The notes under the pieces: generated by a model
Seen by the model: only the letters and a program-made list of their open reading frames with translations
Database searches by the model: none
Told to the model about the DNA's origin: nothing
Assembly: GCA_963663765.2 (NCBI GenBank)
Contig: CAXXUA010000003.1
Span: 96,001 to 160,000 of the forward strand
Length of the DNA stretch: 64,000 nucleotides
From: Candidatus Poribacteria bacterium
Lineage (GTDB): Bacteria > Poribacteria > WGA-4E > WGA-3G
Direction: 5' to 3'
Shown: piece after piece, positions 10,382-20,524 of the stretch
Position numbering within the stretch: the first letter of the stretch is position 1
How the letters are laid out: each line of letters starts with the position of its first letter
Position numbers and translations under genes: made by a program

Positions 10382-11155
10382 TCAAGGGAAATCTATTTGT
10401 AAACTCTGATTTCGTTCCAAAAGTCTTTGAAGCACTCCCATATCCTGAATTAGATTTTCTTTGATATGTAAATGCATTAAACCCGTTAGATTCGCTATAG
10501 GATCAATGTTTCTGATCTGATTCTTATCCAATGCTAAATGTGTCAATCCTGCCAAACCAGCAAGAGGAGAAAGAACAGATATTCGATTTCCGCTAAGCCA
10601 TAAGTGCGTGAGACGTTTCAAATTAGAAAGTGGTTTGACATCACTGAGTTGATTCCGTCTGACGTTTAGCAACTGCATCTGAGTCAAGTTAGCAAGCGGC
10701 GAAATATCACTAAGTTGATTGTCCCAGAGTCCTAATTCTGTGAGTTGTGTTAACCCTGCCAGCGGCGTAATGTCACTGATTTGATTTTTGCCGAGTCCTA
10801 ATTTCGTGAGTTGTTTTAAATTGGCAAGTGATGTAATATCCCTGACGTTATTGTCCCAGAACTCTAAGTATGTGAGTTGTGTCAATCCACTAATAGGTGT
10901 GATGTCGTCAATCTGATTCTTCTCAAGTTCTAAAACTTTTAAAGCTGTTGCCTTCTCCAGTCCTGTTAGGTCTTTTATACCTTTTTCTTCAGCATGGAGT
11001 TTCTCTAATTCTACCAATTTCCTTTGTGGAACAAGATCACTTACACCTAACCCCAGTGCATCTTTCACAGCAGCTAATAAGTTGGGATCTGGTATTGTTA
11101 CAGATGTACTCGCCATAGCGTGATATTCCTTTACTCTAGTTTGGACAATTTTCAT
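10382..11155 (-). CDS. Leucine-rich repeat (internalin-like) protein
   Basis: IPDPNL cap and 22-aa LxxLxLxxNQIxDIxPLxxL repeats; true start may be 11116. Confidence 0.92.
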   Translation of the reverse strand: MKIVQTRVKEYHAMASTSVTIPDPNLLAAVKDALGLGVSDLVPQRKLVELEKLHAEEKGIKDLTGLEKATALKVLELEKNQIDDITPISGLTQLTYLEFWDNNVRDITSLANLKQLTKLGLGKNQISDITPLAGLTQLTELGLWDNQLSDISPLANLTQMQLLNVRRNQLSDVKPLSNLKRLTHLWLSGNRISVLSPLAGLAGLTHLALDKNQIRNIDPIANLTGLMHLHIKENLIQDMGVLQRLLERNQSLQIDFP

Positions 11156-11315
11156 CTTGTAGAAGTTGATTATTCAACAGAACGTCTATTTTTCTACGTG
11201 TTTCGTATATTTGTGAAACTGGAGAAAATGATGTGCTCCAGCGGAGTGCTATGTTGGCTGACAATGTGACTATAAACATATTGCTCCGCTGCAGCAAAGA
11301 AAGTTCCGTTTTGGT

Positions 11316-11957
11316 CAGGGTTATTCAGTTTTAAAAGCTTTCTGTTATTTCGATTTACTGAAAGTTAATACCCAAATGCAGTTTCCTAACTGCACCTTAT
11401 ACATCAATTTTAGATTATTGAAACCTGAACATCGCTCTTTAGTCCCGACAAATGCCATACGGGGAATGCCTTAATGGCATTCATACCGTTGATTTGGCCC
11501 ATTTGGCGTTGATTTGGTAGGGACGATATGTTTATAGAAAAAGAGTGACCTTCCCAGCTCTTTAGTCCCGTAGGGACGATATGTTTATAGAAAACGAGTG
11601 ACCTTCCCAGCTCTTTAGTCTCGTAGGGACGATATGTTTATAGAAAACGAGTGACCTTCCCAGCTCTTTAGTCCCGTAGGGACGATATGTTTATAGAAAA
11701 CGAGTGACCTTCCCAGCTCTTTAGTCCCGTAGGGACGATATGTTTATAGAAAACGAGTGACCTTCCCATGTCTTTAGTCCCGTAGGGACGATATGTTTAT
11801 TCTTATATGCCGTTCCTACGGAACTCAAGAGGAGTAGATAACATTTATCTATAAACATATCGTCCCTACGGGACTAAAGACATGGACAAGATGGCAACAC
11901 ATAAAATTAACGTTATAGCAAATAATCATCAAAAAAACCTAAAACTAAATAACCCTG
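11316..11957. mobile_element. Miniature element (TIR CAGGGTTATTYAGTTTT), ~9-bp TSD, carrying a REP array
   Basis: CAGGGTTATTCAGTTTT ... AAAACTAAATAACCCTG; flanks cGTTTTGGT / aGTTTTGGT. Confidence 0.85.
11435..11885. repeat. Six direct copies of a 53-bp REP-like unit (AGTCCCGTAGGGAC GATATGTTTATAG) plus an inverted copy
   Basis: Copies at 11435 (interrupted), 11558, 11611, 11664, 11717, 11770 (partial); inverted copy ~11850-11885; linkers near-identical. Confidence 0.93.
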
Positions 11958-12071
11958 AGTTTTGGTCATTATGTCTTGATTTGGTAACATAAGCGGTGCA
12001 CCAATTTCTTATCAAAACATGTTGGAAAAAAATTGTCCAACTATAGTCTTCCTTTAGAGTGGAGGAGTATT

Positions 12072-13019
12072 TTAGTTTCCTGCTGGTTGTATTTCAATAT
12101 CAATTGCCAATTTCGGTAGTTGTTCCTTGAGTTTTCGGAGTGGTTCCATATCCTGAATTGAATTACCCGTGAGGTATAATTCCTTTAACTGTGTTAGATT
12201 AACGAGCGGGTTCATGTCACTGATCTGATTTCTGTTTAGGGATAACACTTCCAATTGCGTCAAATTCGTGAGTGATTGTATGTCGCTAATTTGATTATCA
12301 GACAAGTATAACGTTGTCAACTGTGACAAGTTAGCAAGTGGTTTTATATCACTAACTTGATTCAACTCAATTCCTAATCTTGCCAGCTGTGTCAAATCAG
12401 TAAGGGTGTTTAAATCACTGATCTTGTTTTTATCCAACCATAACAACTCCAGCTGCGTCAAGTTAGCAAGCGGTTTTATGTCGATGATTTTATTATCAGA
12501 TAGGTATAAATTAGTCAACTGTGTCAAGTTAGCAAGCGGTTTTATATCACTGATTTTGTTTTTGTCCAACCATAACGTTGTCAACTGTGTCAAGTTAGTG
12601 AGTGGTTTTATATCGCTGATTTTATTCGCAACGATGTCTAAATCTGTTAACTGCGTCAAACCTGTCAGAGGTGTTATATCACTAATCTGATTATCCCCAA
12701 GGTATAAGTTTGTCAATTGGTTTAGTTCTGTGAGAGGTGCCAGGTCCTCAATCTGATTCTTGCGAAGTTCTAAAGTCGTTAGTCCTATCGCCTTTTCTAT
12801 ACCCATTAAGTCCTTTATACCTTTACTGTCAGCACTAAGCTTCTCTAATGCTTGAAATTTCTTTTGTGAAATAGGCTCGGTTGGATCTAAACCGAGTGCT
12901 TCACGTACAACAGCGGCTAAGTTTTCATCTGGAATTGTCACTTCTGGTCCGGCTGAGCAACTGAGGAAAATAACTAATACTACAAACAGGCTGAAAATGC
13001 GTTTCATAATCTTTACCAA
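12072..13019 (-). CDS. Leucine-rich repeat lipoprotein, paralogue of 10382-11155
   Basis: Lipobox-like FLSC, IPDENL cap, 22-aa LRRs. Confidence 0.92.
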   Translation of the reverse strand: MVKIMKRIFSLFVVLVIFLSCSAGPEVTIPDENLAAVVREALGLDPTEPISQKKFQALEKLSADSKGIKDLMGIEKAIGLTTLELRKNQIEDLAPLTELNQLTNLYLGDNQISDITPLTGLTQLTDLDIVANKISDIKPLTNLTQLTTLWLDKNKISDIKPLANLTQLTNLYLSDNKIIDIKPLANLTQLELLWLDKNKISDLNTLTDLTQLARLGIELNQVSDIKPLANLSQLTTLYLSDNQISDIQSLTNLTQLEVLSLNRNQISDMNPLVNLTQLKELYLTGNSIQDMEPLRKLKEQLPKLAIDIEIQPAGN

Positions 13020-13053
13020 ATGGGCGCGAACTGCTGGACGCGCCCTCCTTTTA

Positions 13054-16000
13054 TTATCCCTTATTCAAGACTTCGTCTAGATTGAGGATAAGGTTTGCAA
13101 TCATCGTCCATGTAGCAACTTCAACTGCATCTAATTTTTGGTTCGGTTTAGATTCACCGACAGCGATCAGTTCTTTGGCTGCCTCTGGGTCCGCTTGCAT
13201 CTCTTCTGCGTGTGCCAGCATTGTTTCAAGGAGCAGTTTTGCTTCCAAAGGTTTCGGTTCGCGTGCAGTTGCTATCTCAAAGATGTAAGCAATTCTTTCC
13301 TCAGGTGTGTTGCCACCTTCTTTGATCGTGCGTTCTGCGAAAACGCGCGCCGCTTCAAAGAACTGCGGATCGTTCATCAACATCAATGCCTGCATCGGTG
13401 TATTGGTCCGTTCACGACGAATTGTGCATGCTTCACGTGAAGGCGCATCCAAGATGTTCATCTGCGGCGGAGGTGCCGTTCGTTTCCAAAATGTATAAAG
13501 ACTTCTACGGTATACCTTATCAGCACCAGAATCTTTCCTAAAGGTATCAGTATTGGATCCAGTAAATCCAACGGCTTTCCAGAGTCCACCCGGTTGCGGC
13601 GGTTTGACACTCGGTCCACCGATACGTTTATACAACAACCCACTAACAGCCAAAGCGTTATCGCGCACGATTTCGGCATCTAACCGATACCTTGGTGCGC
13701 GTGAGAATAGCATGTTATCCGCATCACGTTCCAATTTCTCAGATGTAACCCGTGAACTCTGCATATATGTTGCGGAGGTTAGCATCAGTTTCTGCATTGC
13801 TTGCATGTCCCAACCAGAGTCAACAAATTCAGTTGCAAGCCAATCCAGGAGTTCTGGATGTGTAGGTGGACTGCCTTGTGTCCCGAAGTCCTCTGATGTC
13901 CTCACAATTCCAGCCCCGAATACGTTTTGCCATAGACGGTTGACCGTAACACGTGAAGTGAGTGGATGTTTTCGTGAAACCAACCATTTTGCAAGTGTCA
14001 ACCGATTCGGTGGTGAACCCTTCACAATCGGTGGTAGTACTGCGGGAGTCTTAGGGTGAACCTGTTCCCCACGGTGTTCATATTCACCGCGTTCAAGGAT
14101 GTATGCACCACGCGGCTCTGACCGTTCCTGCATCACCAAAGTCGTGGTAAACGAATTATTGAGAGAATTTCTCTTGTTCTGGATATCTGTAATGTCGGCG
14201 TAAAGTTTCTTCAATCCCTCATCGGTTGAAACATTCCGACGGTAGTATTCTCGAATCTGCGTCTGTTGATTACCGTTGCGTTTACCTCTGTCAACTGCTA
14301 TCGTATCAACAATGTTTGCTGTTACCATCGGTGCATCGGATTCCATACGGAAGAAGAAACCAGATGGACCGGAATAGTTGACAACCTTTAGTAGCAGCGC
14401 ATTGTTGCCGGGGTTCAGTTGTATTTGCACACTATCCGTATCTGGGGCAGCATCACGTTGAATATTGCTTGCCAATACTTCAACTTGGTTCACCCACACC
14501 TTCAACGCATCATTGCTACTCAGGTAAAGTGTCGCTTTCTGTTGAGTCTCGGAAGCGATATTGCGGTAAAGATAGGTCGCACTGTTCTCACCGACAATAT
14601 CGTTATGCACGTGTCCATCTTTCCAATGCGTCTGCTGTTTCCACGTCAATTCTTGTGAGCCGACCTTGAATTTGTCCTTCGTATTGACAGGTTTAGTTTC
14701 CGGTTCATAAACATTGTAAAAAGCAATATTACCGTGTTCTGCAGAAAACGGACCGGCAGAATGCCAGTTACCAAGCGACACCTTAGAACCAATCGGGTAA
14801 ATCGTCGGTGCATCCGTGACAGCAAGTCTAAACCGACCGAAGTGGTGCTTAGCATGCTGAGATTCATGTTTAAGACGAATTCTGACCAATCCACCTTCTT
14901 CGCTTCCCAACGGATTTGCAACAAGGAAGATCGCTTGCCGACTGTTTCCACGATTATTATTGCTTTCCAATCCCCATCCTGTTTCAGCACTGTCGTCAAT
15001 AACATTGGTAATGACAAAATCTCCGTTTGCCTGCTCTTTGTCTGCCCATGCTTTTATTATCGGAATGGATGTCCAAGGATCTTTGGCTTCTGCAGGTTTT
15101 GCGGTATCTTCCGCGGGTTGTGTTTCATCGGTCTCTGTTGTTGCTTCCTCAGCGGGTTTATCAGTCTCTTTCTCCTGATCTGTTTCTGTAGCAGCATCTT
15201 CAACTGGTTGTTCTACGTCTTGCGTCACATCTGCGTCGGGTGCTGCTTCCTCAACTGGTGTTTCTTCAGCAGGTTTATCAGCATCTTTTTGCACATCTGT
15301 TTCTGACTGAGCATCTTCAGCGGGTTCTGTTTCTTCGTTCTTTGCAGCTTCTTCTGCTGCTTTTGCTGCCTCTGCTGCTTTCTTTGCTTCTTCCGCTGCT
15401 TGCTGTATCGCTTCAGTTGCTTTCTGTGCAGCTTCCTTAGCAGTATTTAGTGCTTGTTCCGCTTCTGAAGGTGAAACAACATCAACCGAAAAACCTGTCA
15501 AAACCACGTTGCTATTGTCGCTACGTCCGATACCACTTCCAGGTAAGGATCCGTCTGGAAGACCTTCTAATCGCACTGCGCTCCACTTACCGGGTGGCAG
15601 TTTGGCAATAAACTCATAGATCTCTTTATCCGGATTTGTGCCACTTGCCAAAATGGAATTATCACCACGAATTTCAACCGTCGCACCACCTTGCGATAGT
15701 ACTACCTCTGGCTTGATATGTGTCCACCGAGGCATTCTGTTTTCCCAAGCAATTTGCGCAGCATCAATATGCGGCAGTGTTCCCTTGCTCTGTGCGTCCA
15801 ATTCCTTTATCTGTTCATCATATTTCGCAAGTTGTGTCTTTTGCTCCGGTGTCGGCAACTTCACTACAGGTGGCGAATCCTTGCGGTTGCCATCCATTGC
15901 ATTTTCGGTGATATTATTGAAATACGCAAAAAGTTGATAATATTCTTTCTGTGAAATCGGGTCATATTTATGGTCATGACACTGCGCACATCCTGCTGTC

Positions 16001-17043
16001 AATCCCATCCAAACAGTTGACGTGGTATTGACTCTATCGACAGCATATCGTACATAATATTCCTCAGCGATAGAACCACCTTCGCTTGTTGTAACGTGAC
16101 ACCGATTGAACCCTGTAGCAACGCGTTGGTCAAGGGTCGGTTCTGGCAAAAGATCACCCGCCAACTGCTCAATCGTAAACCTGTCAAAAGGCATCTTATT
16201 GTTGAATGCCTTAATAACCCAATCCCGATACGGCCACATCTCACGGTAGTTGTCTAAATGCAGTCCGTGGGTATCGCCATACCGCGCAACGTCTAACCAG
16301 AAGCGCGCCATGTGCTCACCATATTCAGGCTTATTCATGTAAGAATCAATGAGTTTTTCGTAAGCATCATGGGAATCATCGTTAATGAAGTTATGTATCT
16401 CTTCAAGTGTTGGTGGTAATCCAGTGAGATCAAAACTTAGACGTCTGATAAGTGTGCGTTTGTCCGCTGCTCCAGCAGGTTGTAATCCTTCCTTTTCAAG
16501 CAGTGCAAGTATGAATGCATCAATCGGATTTTTTACCCAATCCGTTTTAGCAACCTTCGGTAGTGTTGGACGCGCAGGCGTTGTAAATGCCCAATGTTCC
16601 TCCCACTTAGCACCTTCACTTATCCATTGCTTGATGGTATCTATCTGTTCTTGGGTTAAAGTCTTATTGAAATCTTCTGGCGGCATTTGACGAAATTCGT
16701 CTTCAGAAGTAATTCGAAGATACAACTCACTCTCTTCTGGCTCATTAGGAACGAGAATCGGAAATCCGCTTGGGTCAGAAAACGCACCTTCCTTCGTATC
16801 AAGACGTAGGTTTCCTTGACGGGTCTTTTCGTCCGGTCCGTGGCAGGCGAAACAGTTATCCGCCAAAATCGGTCGGATGTCTTGACTATAACTAACAGGT
16901 GTCTGTGCAGTTTCATGGTCTTCTGCAGATGCGTGAGATAATCCTAATATGACGATACACAAACATACTAACACAGTCATTAGTGGAACAGAACTTTTAG
17001 CACTTTTCACTGGAAAATACTCCCTTTTCAATATGGTCTGCAT
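13054..17043 (-). CDS. PSD1 / planctomycete cytochrome c protein (DUF1549 + DUF1553)
   Basis: CFACH and CAQCH haem motifs, LIRRLSFDLTGLPP, RVTVNRLWQ, HPELLDWLA, TNTPMQAL. Confidence 0.93.
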   Translation of the reverse strand: MQTILKREYFPVKSAKSSVPLMTVLVCLCIVILGLSHASAEDHETAQTPVSYSQDIRPILADNCFACHGPDEKTRQGNLRLDTKEGAFSDPSGFPILVPNEPEESELYLRITSEDEFRQMPPEDFNKTLTQEQIDTIKQWISEGAKWEEHWAFTTPARPTLPKVAKTDWVKNPIDAFILALLEKEGLQPAGAADKRTLIRRLSFDLTGLPPTLEEIHNFINDDSHDAYEKLIDSYMNKPEYGEHMARFWLDVARYGDTHGLHLDNYREMWPYRDWVIKAFNNKMPFDRFTIEQLAGDLLPEPTLDQRVATGFNRCHVTTSEGGSIAEEYYVRYAVDRVNTTSTVWMGLTAGCAQCHDHKYDPISQKEYYQLFAYFNNITENAMDGNRKDSPPVVKLPTPEQKTQLAKYDEQIKELDAQSKGTLPHIDAAQIAWENRMPRWTHIKPEVVLSQGGATVEIRGDNSILASGTNPDKEIYEFIAKLPPGKWSAVRLEGLPDGSLPGSGIGRSDNSNVVLTGFSVDVVSPSEAEQALNTAKEAAQKATEAIQQAAEEAKKAAEAAKAAEEAAKNEETEPAEDAQSETDVQKDADKPAEETPVEEAAPDADVTQDVEQPVEDAATETDQEKETDKPAEEATTETDETQPAEDTAKPAEAKDPWTSIPIIKAWADKEQANGDFVITNVIDDSAETGWGLESNNNRGNSRQAIFLVANPLGSEEGGLVRIRLKHESQHAKHHFGRFRLAVTDAPTIYPIGSKVSLGNWHSAGPFSAEHGNIAFYNVYEPETKPVNTKDKFKVGSQELTWKQQTHWKDGHVHNDIVGENSATYLYRNIASETQQKATLYLSSNDALKVWVNQVEVLASNIQRDAAPDTDSVQIQLNPGNNALLLKVVNYSGPSGFFFRMESDAPMVTANIVDTIAVDRGKRNGNQQTQIREYYRRNVSTDEGLKKLYADITDIQNKRNSLNNSFTTTLVMQERSEPRGAYILERGEYEHRGEQVHPKTPAVLPPIVKGSPPNRLTLAKWLVSRKHPLTSRVTVNRLWQNVFGAGIVRTSEDFGTQGSPPTHPELLDWLATEFVDSGWDMQAMQKLMLTSATYMQSSRVTSEKLERDADNMLFSRAPRYRLDAEIVRDNALAVSGLLYKRIGGPSVKPPQPGGLWKAVGFTGSNTDTFRKDSGADKVYRRSLYTFWKRTAPPPQMNILDAPSREACTIRRERTNTPMQALMLMNDPQFFEAARVFAERTIKEGGNTPEERIAYIFEIATAREPKPLEAKLLLETMLAHAEEMQADPEAAKELIAVGESKPNQKLDAVEVATWTMIANLILNLDEVLNKG

Positions 17044-17258
17044 ACTGAAATCTTTTCACGAAATATTATGTTATTTAACGTTTTGGCAATCAATAAGTTT
17101 ATTAATGACGATTCAATTTTAAGGTGTTAAAGGTCTTATTGTCAATACTTTTTTGATTTAGGGATGTAATTTTGTTGAAGATACTGCAAAAAGATTGTAT
17201 AATCTTTAACAGCAACTTGTTATGGCCTGTTTAAAATCACCTTCTACTGGAGAAACGG

Positions 17259-17504
17259 ATGCACACAATCACACACGCTGAAGTGCAAACGTTAGTGGCA
17301 AAATTACCTTTAGTGTACCGTTTGCTCCATGCCTTAACAACAGTGGAAGGCGAATCACCTTAAGCGAAATTTATATGTCTTTCTGCTGATGAACGTCGGC
17401 AACTTCTATCGCAACAGGCAGAGCAGATGAAAAACCACTACAAACACACAACAGATGAACGTACCAAATGGCAAGCTGAAGATTTTAGTCGGAGTACAAC
17501 ATAA
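17259..17504 (+). pseudogene. Small antitoxin-like gene with internal TAA
   Basis: RBS GGAG; MHTITH...GESP*AKFICLSADERRQLLSQQAEQMKNHY...WQAEDF; terminal stop overlaps the next ATG (TAATG). Confidence 0.6.
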
Positions 17505-18112
17505 TGGCATTTAGTGATTTCAAAACGATCCCTGAAGTTCAAAAGAAATTCGGAATACGACATGTGGAAAATGACTTTTTAGAGTCAAAAAACGGCACGA
17601 GTCCTTCGGAACAATTTCTACAAGAATTTGAATTTAACCGCGAATATATTGATGTTTTCACTTCCGAAGGCGCGCGGTGTGAGGCAATTATCTTTCCCGT
17701 TTTGCGTGAAGTCTACAAAGAGTATGCTGAGGATTACGCACTCTGGATAAAAAAGCCTATTACCTATGATGATGTACTGAGCGGTACGTCTGATTATTTC
17801 ATTTCAACACGATCTGAGTTGGGTAAACTCGTTGTTGGCACGCCGTTGATAATATTAGTTGAGGCAAAAAAGAACGATTTTGAGATAGGTTGGGGACAAT
17901 GTTTGGCGGAGTTAGTTGCCGCGCAAAAGATAAACGAGGATACAGAACACCCTGTGTACGGTATTGTCAGCGACGGAACGTTCTGGCAAATTGGACATCT
18001 TGTCGGAGAAACCTTCACCCAAAATAGAACGAGTTTTAGTGTGGATAATTTGCCTGTCCTCTTTGGTGCTATTGATTCTGTCTTCAAAGCAGCAAAAAAC
18101 TCAACCCAGTAA
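17504..18112 (+). CDS. PD-(D/E)xK nuclease-fold protein (HsdR N-terminal-like)
   Basis: SDY...VEAKK...GQCLAEL...YGIVSDGTFW. Confidence 0.75.
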   Translation: MAFSDFKTIPEVQKKFGIRHVENDFLESKNGTSPSEQFLQEFEFNREYIDVFTSEGARCEAIIFPVLREVYKEYAEDYALWIKKPITYDDVLSGTSDYFISTRSELGKLVVGTPLIILVEAKKNDFEIGWGQCLAELVAAQKINEDTEHPVYGIVSDGTFWQIGHLVGETFTQNRTSFSVDNLPVLFGAIDSVFKAAKNSTQ

Positions 18113-18141
18113 GCATTTTACCGATTTGTGTGCAAACCAAC

Positions 18142-18885
18142 CTACTCCCCAGCAACCTTCTCAAAAATGATAACATGCTGCCACGGCAGGTCACCATGCG
18201 TCTCTACCCAAGACAACGGATGTGGTGTCATCTCCTTCATCACTTGCAATTCACTCATCTTGTGCAAACGTTTAATCGGCACACTGTCATCTTCCAAGCG
18301 ATATTCCACAAAAACCACCCTACCGCCAACTTTGAGTGCACTGCAGATATTCTGCATCATCTCATACGGATGCGAAAATTCATGGTAGACATCTACCATA
18401 ATAGCCAAATCCACCGAATTCGGTGGTAGTTTCGGGTCGGTAATCGTACCTAATACGCCTTTGATATTCGTAATACCATCCTCCGCCATCTTCTTAGCGA
18501 GAATGTCAAGCATCTCCTGCTGAATTTCAACACCGTAGATAGTGCCTGTCTTACCGACTTTCGGTGACATGCGTCGCGCAATATACCCCGTGCCAACACC
18601 GATATCCGCAACAACATCACCCTCTTTCAGTTTCAGCAGCCCAATAAGCGTATTCGGCATCTCTTCGCGTTCACGTTCAGGACGTTCTAACCATCCCGCT
18701 GCGAGATGTCCCATAACCTCCGATATTTCACGCCCCATATAGATTTTGCCGATACCATCTCGACTTGGTGCGCGTTGTTCATAGCGCGTACTCGTTGGAC
18801 GTTGCGGGTTTTCAGCAGTTGTGGCATAACCCAACAGAAGAACCATGCCAATAATGCTTACCAAAACATAAAGGTTTTTACACAT
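18142..18885 (-). CDS. Exported class I SAM-dependent methyltransferase
   Basis: Signal peptide; VADIGVGTG; VDVYHEF. Confidence 0.88.
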   Translation of the reverse strand: MCKNLYVLVSIIGMVLLLGYATTAENPQRPTSTRYEQRAPSRDGIGKIYMGREISEVMGHLAAGWLERPEREREEMPNTLIGLLKLKEGDVVADIGVGTGYIARRMSPKVGKTGTIYGVEIQQEMLDILAKKMAEDGITNIKGVLGTITDPKLPPNSVDLAIMVDVYHEFSHPYEMMQNICSALKVGGRVVFVEYRLEDDSVPIKRLHKMSELQVMKEMTPHPLSWVETHGDLPWQHVIIFEKVAGE

Positions 18886-18909
18886 CGATTTGATCTCCTA
18901 TATCTAATA

Positions 18910-19137
18910 TTAGTTGTAAACGACCATCTGGGATTTTTCCTTGTCCGCAGCATACGCGAAACAAGCGCGTATGTCGGTCTCGGTTAATTCAGGGAAATCA
19001 TTAAGAACTTCCGCTACTGTCATCCCCGATGCCAGATACTCAAAAACATCGTAAACAGTGATCCGCATTCCCCGAATACACGGCTGACCGCTGCGTTTGC
19101 CTTGTTCAATGGTAATAATATCTCTGTAGTTGTTCAT
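18910..19137 (-). CDS. DUF433 family putative antitoxin
   Basis: GKRSGQPCIRGMRITVYDV...DFPELT. Confidence 0.92.
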   Translation of the reverse strand: MNNYRDIITIEQGKRSGQPCIRGMRITVYDVFEYLASGMTVAEVLNDFPELTETDIRACFAYAADKEKSQMVVYN

Positions 19138-19237
19138 TTCTGCACCCTCTAAGTTTCTAAGTATAGTTCTTTAAAGTTTATCAAAACATCTCTACGAGAA
19201 GAGATGCCAATCGCTTCTGCAGGAAAGAGCCAACAGT

Positions 19238-20281
19238 TTACCACCTTCCGAGATAGAGTCCTCGGTTTTCCATCGGTATCTTCACACGTCTGCCCTGCTG
19301 TCGTTGCGAGTCAACGATAGCAAAAACCATTTCGGTGCTACGATGCGCGAGTTGAATGTTACCTTGTGTTTCAGTGTCAGTGTCAATTGCTTCAACGATG
19401 TCCTCAATGCACCCCACAGTGCCACTTTTTCGATCAAAGGATGGGAATTGTGAGTCTAAAACCTCATTATACTGTCCCTGCTGTTTTCGGAGTTGAAAAC
19501 CAAGACCGTTATTTAAAGAACGAACTGTACCTTTGCTACAATTCACCTCAAATTCGTAAGCAGTGCCCGGAATGCTGATGCCGTTAATACCATTCTGAAA
19601 ACGGATGAATCCCATTACAATACTCGGATCAGAATCGGTGCGGTTGTCCTCAAAGTCTGCATCAGCAACAGCGACATTGCCTTGTACGTACTCTATCGGT
19701 GAATCGCTTGCTAAAAAGAGGATTAGGTCTGCAGCGTGCGTATAACCCCATAAGGCAGAACCTCCCGTATAAGCAATGATAGAACGACGTTCACCTAATT
19801 CTCCACTCTCAAGGATTTCGCGCATTCTCATGTATCCGGGTGTCCAACGCCGCTGTGTGCCGAGATTGAATTTGATGTCATATTCTTCACACACCTCCAA
19901 CATTGCGTCCGCTTCTACCATAGAGGCACAGAGCGGTTTGTCACAATAGATGCCTTTCACACCGTTTTCTGCAGCAAATTGTGTGATCACGGCATGGTTA
20001 CCCGGTCGCGTGGCGATACTGACAATATCCGGTTTCTCTTGTGTTATCATCTCTTGATAATCAAGGTAATACTTCGGGATGTTCCACTTATCGCAAACAT
20101 ATTTTGCCTTTTCTTCAACTACATCTGCAGCAGCGACAAGTGCTGTTCGTTCACAAGCGGTATAACTCGCAGCATGTGAGTAAGGAAGCTCACCGTGCGG
20201 CGTTCCTTGCACCTCCTCATCAATAGTACCACCCATCCGTCCACATCCGACAAGACAAGCGCGATATTGTGTTTTTAACAT
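19238..20281 (-). CDS. Gfo/Idh/MocA family oxidoreductase
   Basis: LVGCGRMG, YCDKP. Confidence 0.9.
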   Translation of the reverse strand: MLKTQYRACLVGCGRMGGTIDEEVQGTPHGELPYSHAASYTACERTALVAAADVVEEKAKYVCDKWNIPKYYLDYQEMITQEKPDIVSIATRPGNHAVITQFAAENGVKGIYCDKPLCASMVEADAMLEVCEEYDIKFNLGTQRRWTPGYMRMREILESGELGERRSIIAYTGGSALWGYTHAADLILFLASDSPIEYVQGNVAVADADFEDNRTDSDPSIVMGFIRFQNGINGISIPGTAYEFEVNCSKGTVRSLNNGLGFQLRKQQGQYNEVLDSQFPSFDRKSGTVGCIEDIVEAIDTDTETQGNIQLAHRSTEMVFAIVDSQRQQGRRVKIPMENRGLYLGRW

Positions 20282-20415
20282 TGGCGTTCCTCCATCAAGT
20301 TTCGTCTTTGAAACTGAAATGTTACGTTATTTTGAGTTCCGAATAAACATTTTCTGGAAATTGACACGGTTAGGAAACCACACAAGAGGAGTCAATTTTG
20401 TGTTCCACCGCACTC

Positions 20416-20493
20416 GGTAGGCAAGTTTTGTAAACGCACCATCTATGTCGTCTTCACTTCTGAACTCAGTGATTCTTACAAAACACGCCTACC
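20416..20493. repeat. Degenerate GTAG-type REP doublet
   Basis: GGTAGGCAAGTTTTGTAA ... TTACAAAACACGCCTACC; related to the REP at 26619-26666. Confidence 0.6.
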
Positions 20494-20524
20494 CAACCAA
20501 ATGTTGATAACTGAATGCGAACCA

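Noticed and set aside
11435-11800. 53-bp repeat array as a CRISPR
   Set aside because: The would-be spacers are identical and ~20 bp, an inverted copy follows, the array sits inside a MITE, and no cas genes are present
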